The notes under the pieces: model-generated
Seen by the model: only the letters and a program-made list of their open reading frames with translations
The model's database searches: none
Told to the model about the DNA's origin: nothing
Part shown: one piece after another, positions 59,560 through 64,000 of the stretch
Layout: each line of letters opens with the position of its first letter
How positions within the stretch are numbered: the first letter of the stretch is position 1
NCBI GenBank assembly: GCA_045545475.1
Contig: JAZQAZ010000018.1
Location: forward strand, 45,375 to 109,374
Length of the DNA: 64,000 nucleotides
Origin: Clostridia bacterium
GTDB taxonomy: Bacteria; Bacillota; Clostridia; CAKSNL01; HGM11501
Direction of reading: 5' to 3'
Position numbers and translations under genes: made by a program

Positions 59560-59939
59560 AGCAAAAAGATAACCCATTTATGGGTAGCAAGTAATAGTTT
59601 GCATGGCTGACAGGCCAATACAAAGCGCACTTGTGTGCAGCCAGTAGTGGGTAGGGCTATGCCCGAAAATGAAATCCCCCCGTTATACGGGGGGATATTT
59701 ATTTACTTCTCTGAGACGAAAAATACCTATCCCAAAACTGCAACGCATCCGAAGGACAATTCTCCCCGAGGAGAGACAACCGATAGGGGTATTTGTTTGT
59801 CCTATGGAAGGAATAATCGGATTTGCTTATTTTATGAGAAAACAGCATTTTGATAAGTATCGACTGGCTATATAGCAATTACAAAGCTTTCGGTAAGGCT
59901 GTCCTTGCTATATAAGTGACAAGTTAATTTCAAGTTAAC

Positions 59940-59973
59940 AAAACAGCAGGAAAACATGTTTCCTGCTGTTTTT
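59940..59973. terminator. Bidirectional terminator-like hairpin
   Basis: AAAACAGCAGGAAA/TTTCCTGCTGTTTT. Confidence 0.75.
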
Positions 59974-60106
59974 GCTATCAGTTAGAGTGGTAAGGATTAT
60001 GTCCTTTGTAGGGGTAATTCCGGGAAAGGAAATTGTGTTTGGGACAAAGCCATTGAAGCAAGCTTTCTGCCTTGATTTTCATGGTACATAACAGAAAGTA
60101 AAAAAG

Positions 60107-60874
60107 TTACTTCCTCTTATGCGGAGGATAATAATATTTTGTAGGGGATAAGCCAAAATGCTTTTTAAACTCAACGGAAAAATGCTTGTAATCGGAATAT
60201 CCGCACATTTCAGATATCTGTTGCAGCGAATGATAGCCCATCACTATAAGAGATGAAGCATATTCCATACGTTTGGTTATCACATATTTTTTGGGGGACA
60301 TTTTATATTCTTTGAAGAAAAGCTTGCGGAAATATACATCGCTGATGGATGACTCTTTAGCTGCAGTAGCCAGGGATAAATTTTCATTGAATATGTTTTC
60401 TTCTATATACTGTATGGCATTAGAGATTTTAGAAGACTGTTTTATTTCGGGGCGGCTGTCTTTATTGAATTCAGAAAAAATATTGTTTAGTATTGCGGAG
60501 GAGTCATATTTATATGGGCCGGTTTTTCTTGTCCAGCATTCGAGCAGCTCCCTGAAAAGTTTTTCATATTTACTATAGTCGGACGGAATGAATTTCTCAA
60601 CTCTGTCCGTAGAATAGTTGTGGACTTTAAGGTGAATGGCGATGGATTCGTTGTATTTATTCTGACAATCTGATATAATCGATCCCGGAATATAGGCTAT
60701 AGAATGATCGGTAAATGTTTCGGTGTTTTTGTTGAAAGTGTATTTTGCATTGCATTTTATCTTGAAAGAAAGGTCGTCAAAGGCGTGTTTGGGATTGTAT
60801 GAATCTTTCTCTCCTTCTATATAATAAAATACATCCAAAATCTGGAATGATACATTGTCTTTTTCGAAAATCAT
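60107..60874 (-). CDS. AraC family regulator
   Basis: ISDVYFRKLF..SPKKY and CGYSDYKHFS; RBS-supported ATG at 60874. Confidence 0.9.
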   Translation of the reverse strand: MIFEKDNVSFQILDVFYYIEGEKDSYNPKHAFDDLSFKIKCNAKYTFNKNTETFTDHSIAYIPGSIISDCQNKYNESIAIHLKVHNYSTDRVEKFIPSDYSKYEKLFRELLECWTRKTGPYKYDSSAILNNIFSEFNKDSRPEIKQSSKISNAIQYIEENIFNENLSLATAAKESSISDVYFRKLFFKEYKMSPKKYVITKRMEYASSLIVMGYHSLQQISEMCGYSDYKHFSVEFKKHFGLSPTKYYYPPHKRK

Positions 60875-60919
60875 AATAAATCCCCTCCTTTTTGACAATA
60901 TTATAGCATCTTTGTTTTC

Positions 60920-60979
60920 AAAAGTCAACTTTTTGTATCATTTTATATGTTTAAATAGGTGAAGCTTTCTGCTATAATA
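60920..60979 (+). promoter_or_regulatory. Activator-dependent promoter, copy 1 (paralog at 63481..63540)
   Basis: 33/37 identity upstream and identical TGCTATAATA at the same offset; no canonical -35. Confidence 0.7.
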
Positions 60980-60984
60980 ACAAC

Positions 60985-61137
60985 GTATGTTCTTTACATA
61001 TTTATTTCCTTCCTATTTATATCAAGGATGCGTGATATCGATATGCATCCTTTGATATGAAAAAATCAGGTTATTGAAGCGTATGCTTTGATAATAAAAG
61101 CCACTCACAAAAAAGTCGTCCATCGGACGACTTTTTT
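60985..61137 (+). ncRNA. Candidate small RNA with anti-Shine-Dalgarno seed
   Basis: Follows the -10 with no RBS-supported ORF; contains CATATTTATTTCCTTCCT, a hairpin at 61019-61058 and a terminator at 61109-61137. Confidence 0.4.
61109..61137. terminator. Bidirectional terminator
   Basis: AAAAAAGTCGTCC/GGACGACTTTTTT. Confidence 0.85.
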
Positions 61138-61138
61138 G

Positions 61139-61975
61139 CTATGAATTAAGTTTTCTGTATTTTCCGGGAGTAATTCCTTCTTTGGCTTTGAAAACATTTG
61201 AGAAATAGTTGGAATCGGAAAAGCCTACGGAAAAGGCAATCTCTGTTATGCTAAGCCTGGAATGACAAAGCAGGGATTTTGCTGCCTTGAGTCTTACGGA
61301 TACCAAATATTCCCGGAAGCTCTGGCCGGTTTTTTTATTGAAAATATGACTTACGGAAGAACGGCTTACAAAAAAATCTTCGCAAATTCCGCAGAGGGTA
61401 ATATTCTGGGAGTAATAACGGTTTACATACTTTATTATCCTGTCCACAATGTCTGACTCACGGCTCACTTCCGTGGTCTTTACGTATGCTAATTCAAGCA
61501 TTCTTATAAGGGGAGCTATGAGCATATCAATATACTCCTTGTCAGGCATATCTTCTTTAAGGCTTTCTGCCGTCTGATAAAGGACTTCAAAAGGTATGCC
61601 GAATTTTTCCGAACATCTTTCGACATAAGAAGGGTAAGAACTGTTTCTGTATCCGCTTACGCATATGAAGCCAACTGTGGAATTTCTTCCGTTTATGGGA
61701 TAAACATATTCCGTCACCCCGGCGTAGCAGGTTCCGCAAAAGGAGCCTGTTTTACATTTTTCATTGATTTTATACTGTCGGTTTATGCAGTGCTCGTGAG
61801 CCTTGGGAAAGGTTTTTACATATATGCAGTGAGAATTTTCGTGTATATTGAAATAAATAAGCTCACTCTCTGAAATAAGCTGCTCATTGCCGTTGGGATG
61901 AAGCGTGATTTCGAGCTGACATTGCTTTTTTAAAAACAGTATATAATTTTTGATTTCCGCTATAAAATTATTCAT
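61139..61975 (-). CDS. PocR-sensor AraC family regulator
   Basis: HENSHC..C..GTCYAGVTEYVYPI sensor domain; AraC HTH VGFSDSNYFS. Confidence 0.85.
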   Translation of the reverse strand: MNNFIAEIKNYILFLKKQCQLEITLHPNGNEQLISESELIYFNIHENSHCIYVKTFPKAHEHCINRQYKINEKCKTGSFCGTCYAGVTEYVYPINGRNSTVGFICVSGYRNSSYPSYVERCSEKFGIPFEVLYQTAESLKEDMPDKEYIDMLIAPLIRMLELAYVKTTEVSRESDIVDRIIKYVNRYYSQNITLCGICEDFFVSRSSVSHIFNKKTGQSFREYLVSVRLKAAKSLLCHSRLSITEIAFSVGFSDSNYFSNVFKAKEGITPGKYRKLNS

Positions 61976-62070
61976 AAAATGCACCTTTTTATAGTTTTTG
62001 TTCACTAAAACGATGGAAGGGAGCCTAATTTTGTGCTATGATTATACTATAATAATGTGGAGGTGTCAAT

Positions 62071-63333
62071 ATGAAATATACTTTGGAAATAACAAATGAA
62101 AGAAATTACGATGTAATAGTTGTAGGTTCAGGACCTGCCGGTATGGCTGCTGCGATAATGGCGGGAAGAAACGGAATGAAAACCCTGCTTATCGAAAGCG
62201 GGGGAAGAGTTGGCGGCATTGCAACCTCAGGTATGATGAGCCACTTCGCCGGAACGGTTGGTAACAAGTTATACCACGAAGTTCTTGAAAGGGCGGCAGA
62301 AAAGAATTATTTTGCCCCCGGAGTAAAGACTCCCGAGATAGATCCTGAGTTTTTGACGATTACCTATATTGAAATGCTTGAAGAATCAAAGGTTGACACT
62401 TTGCTCTACACAACATTCTGCGATGTGGTTATGGAGGATAAAAAGATAAAAGGAATCATCTGCCACAGCAAGGACGGCTTTTCGGCATTTTATTCAAATG
62501 TTGTGATAGATGCATCGGGCGATGGGGATGTGGCATATAAGTGCGGTGCAGAATTTATCAAGGGAAGAGAAGAAGACGGAAAAATGCAGCCTGCAACCCT
62601 TATGTTCAAGGTTGGCGGAGTTGATATGGAAAGAGCAGTTTTTCCCGAATCCTTTGAAACATTGGTTCCGACAGAAAAAGGTGAGCTTCAGGCTCTTGCA
62701 AAGGAAAAACTGCCTCATCCTGCAGGCCATGTGCTTCTTTATAAATCACCGATTCCCGGAATTGTCACCTGCAATATGACAAACATAACTGGTGTTGACG
62801 GAACAAAGGCTGAGGATCTTACAAAAGCGGAATTTGCCTGCCGCAAACAGCTTCCTGCGATAGTGGAATTTTTAAGAGAATATGTTCCCGGCTATGAAAA
62901 GTGCTATATCATAGGAAGTGCTTCTCTTATAGGAGTTCGTGAAACCAGACACTTTGAAGGCGTGAAGAAAATTACGGCGGAGGAAATTTCAAAGGCTCAC
63001 CAGCATGAAGACTTCGTTGTGTTTGATGCACACTTTAATTTCGACGTACATAATATCACCGGTTCAGGTCTTGATGAAACCGGAAGTCAAAGGAATTTTA
63101 CTCAAGCAAAGGGGTATACAATCCCTTACGGATGCCTTGTTCCGAAAGAAATTGACGGGCTTTTGCTTTCCGGAAGAAACATTTCGGGAACCCATATGGC
63201 ACATTCAAATTTCAGAGTAATGCCGATATGTATGGGAATGGGCGAGGCGGCAGGAATTGCGGCAGCTCTTGCCATAAAGCAGAACAAAGAGCTTCGAGAT
63301 ATTGATGTAAAAGATATTCAAAATAAGTTATAA
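62071..63333 (+). CDS. FAD-dependent oxidoreductase (FAD_oxidored family)
   Basis: VVGSGPAG, IDASGDGDVA, GVRETRH, YTIPYGCLVP, RVMPICMGMGEAAG. Confidence 0.9.
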   Translation: MKYTLEITNERNYDVIVVGSGPAGMAAAIMAGRNGMKTLLIESGGRVGGIATSGMMSHFAGTVGNKLYHEVLERAAEKNYFAPGVKTPEIDPEFLTITYIEMLEESKVDTLLYTTFCDVVMEDKKIKGIICHSKDGFSAFYSNVVIDASGDGDVAYKCGAEFIKGREEDGKMQPATLMFKVGGVDMERAVFPESFETLVPTEKGELQALAKEKLPHPAGHVLLYKSPIPGIVTCNMTNITGVDGTKAEDLTKAEFACRKQLPAIVEFLREYVPGYEKCYIIGSASLIGVRETRHFEGVKKITAEEISKAHQHEDFVVFDAHFNFDVHNITGSGLDETGSQRNFTQAKGYTIPYGCLVPKEIDGLLLSGRNISGTHMAHSNFRVMPICMGMGEAAGIAAALAIKQNKELRDIDVKDIQNKL

Positions 63334-63343
63334 TATGGCCCGG

Positions 63344-63385
63344 TAATCCCCGCATCTTCAGTATAAAGATGCGGGGGGGATTTAT
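63344..63385 (+). terminator. Intrinsic terminator
   Basis: CCCCGCATCTT/AAGATGCGGGG stem. Confidence 0.75.
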
Positions 63386-63480
63386 TTTGAATGGTAAAAT
63401 AATAGAGGATTTATGTTAAAAATTTCCGAAAAACACGAATATAATTTCTGATTCCTCAATATTGGAGCGGGTTTGTTTCT

Positions 63481-63540
63481 AAAAGTTAACTTTTTGTATC
63501 GTTTTATGAGTTTAAATTTTTATATAAGCTTGCTATAATA
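63481..63540 (+). promoter_or_regulatory. Activator-dependent promoter, copy 2
   Basis: Match to 60920..60979; precedes the gene at 63585. Confidence 0.7.
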
Positions 63541-63584
63541 TTATTGCGCGAAAAGATATTGGGTAAAGAAAAAGGAGGTCTATT

Positions 63585-64000
63585 ATGAAAAAGAAAATTT
63601 ATTTGCTTTTGACATTTGTGCTTATGAGCATCAGTGTCATTGGCGCAAATGCCGAAGGTGAAGTGGCTCAGATAGGCGATGTTAAATATGCAACTGTAGC
63701 TGAGGCGTTTGCAAATGTTCAGGAAGGAGAAACCATTGGACTTTTGTCCGATGCTTCTTTTGACAGTGAGATAGTTTTTGATAAGAATATTGCTTTTGCA
63801 CTGGACGGCGGTGGATATACTCTTACCGATAACGGAACAGACCAGACATCCGGAACAGAAGCTACAGGAACTTTTTCAGGAATAAAAATTACGGCAGGGC
63901 ACTTGACGGTTACAAATATCACTTTTGAGAGAACGTATAAAAAGCAATATGCAGTTTTAAGTCTTTACAATAATGCTAAGTTGACAGTTTCCGATAACGT
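63585..64000 (+). CDS. Secreted protein, partial (runs off the window); start resembles beta-helix/adhesin-like repeats
   Basis: RBS AGGAGG; MKKKIYLLLTFVLMSISVIGANAEGEVAQIGDVKYATVAEAF..TIGLLSD..LDGGGYTL. Confidence 0.8.
   Translation, partial: MKKKIYLLLTFVLMSISVIGANAEGEVAQIGDVKYATVAEAFANVQEGETIGLLSDASFDSEIVFDKNIAFALDGGGYTLTDNGTDQTSGTEATGTFSGIKITAGHLTVTNITFERTYKKQYAVLSLYNNAKLTVSDN

Noticed and set aside
59333-59875. ORFs of 68-96 aa in the hairpin-rich region
   Set aside because: No RBS or recognisable motifs; they run through palindromic repeats.
60987-61055. 22-aa hydrophobic ORF MFFTYLFPSYLYQGCVISICIL as a type I toxin
   Set aside because: No SD upstream; leaderless translation cannot be excluded but nothing supports it.

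Overview
Chromosomal window (about 40% GC by eye) from a spore-forming Clostridia-class Firmicute; no rRNA, tRNA, CRISPR array or prophage is visible. In order, it contains: a partial dinB; a cobalamin-riboswitch-controlled operon (1717-aa S-layer-anchored multidomain protein, alpha-barrel protein, DUF4430 protein, ECF T component, ECF ATPase-ATPase-S fusion); an isolated large serine recombinase coupled to a 40-aa ORF; a secreted GH99-like protein plus multi-discoidin protein pair that occurs twice (13.7-20.1 kb and 41.4-46.7 kb); a 2-oxoacid:ferredoxin oxidoreductase (vor) operon; MATE/AraC/GH30 and accessory genes including an orphan CARF-nuclease (DUF1887/Card1-like); a GntR-ABC module; sporulation genes (tandem-OB SSB, small basic ORF, gerA-type operon); ruvX; hprK-ROK-murB-rapZ-whiA-dnaE; the NifU-like/GGGtGRT pair; a 2-kb AT-rich islet bounded by a 104-bp duplication of the GGGtGRT 3' end; a hairpin-rich intergenic region; two AraC regulators; an FAD oxidoreductase; and a partial secreted protein. 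The best leads are the B12 surface-capture system, the duplicated hydrolase/discoidin module, a duplicated promoter driving a candidate anti-RBS sRNA, the att-like islet with its structured leader, the lone recombinase and the orphan CARF nuclease. All family calls are from motif recognition; no database search was run.
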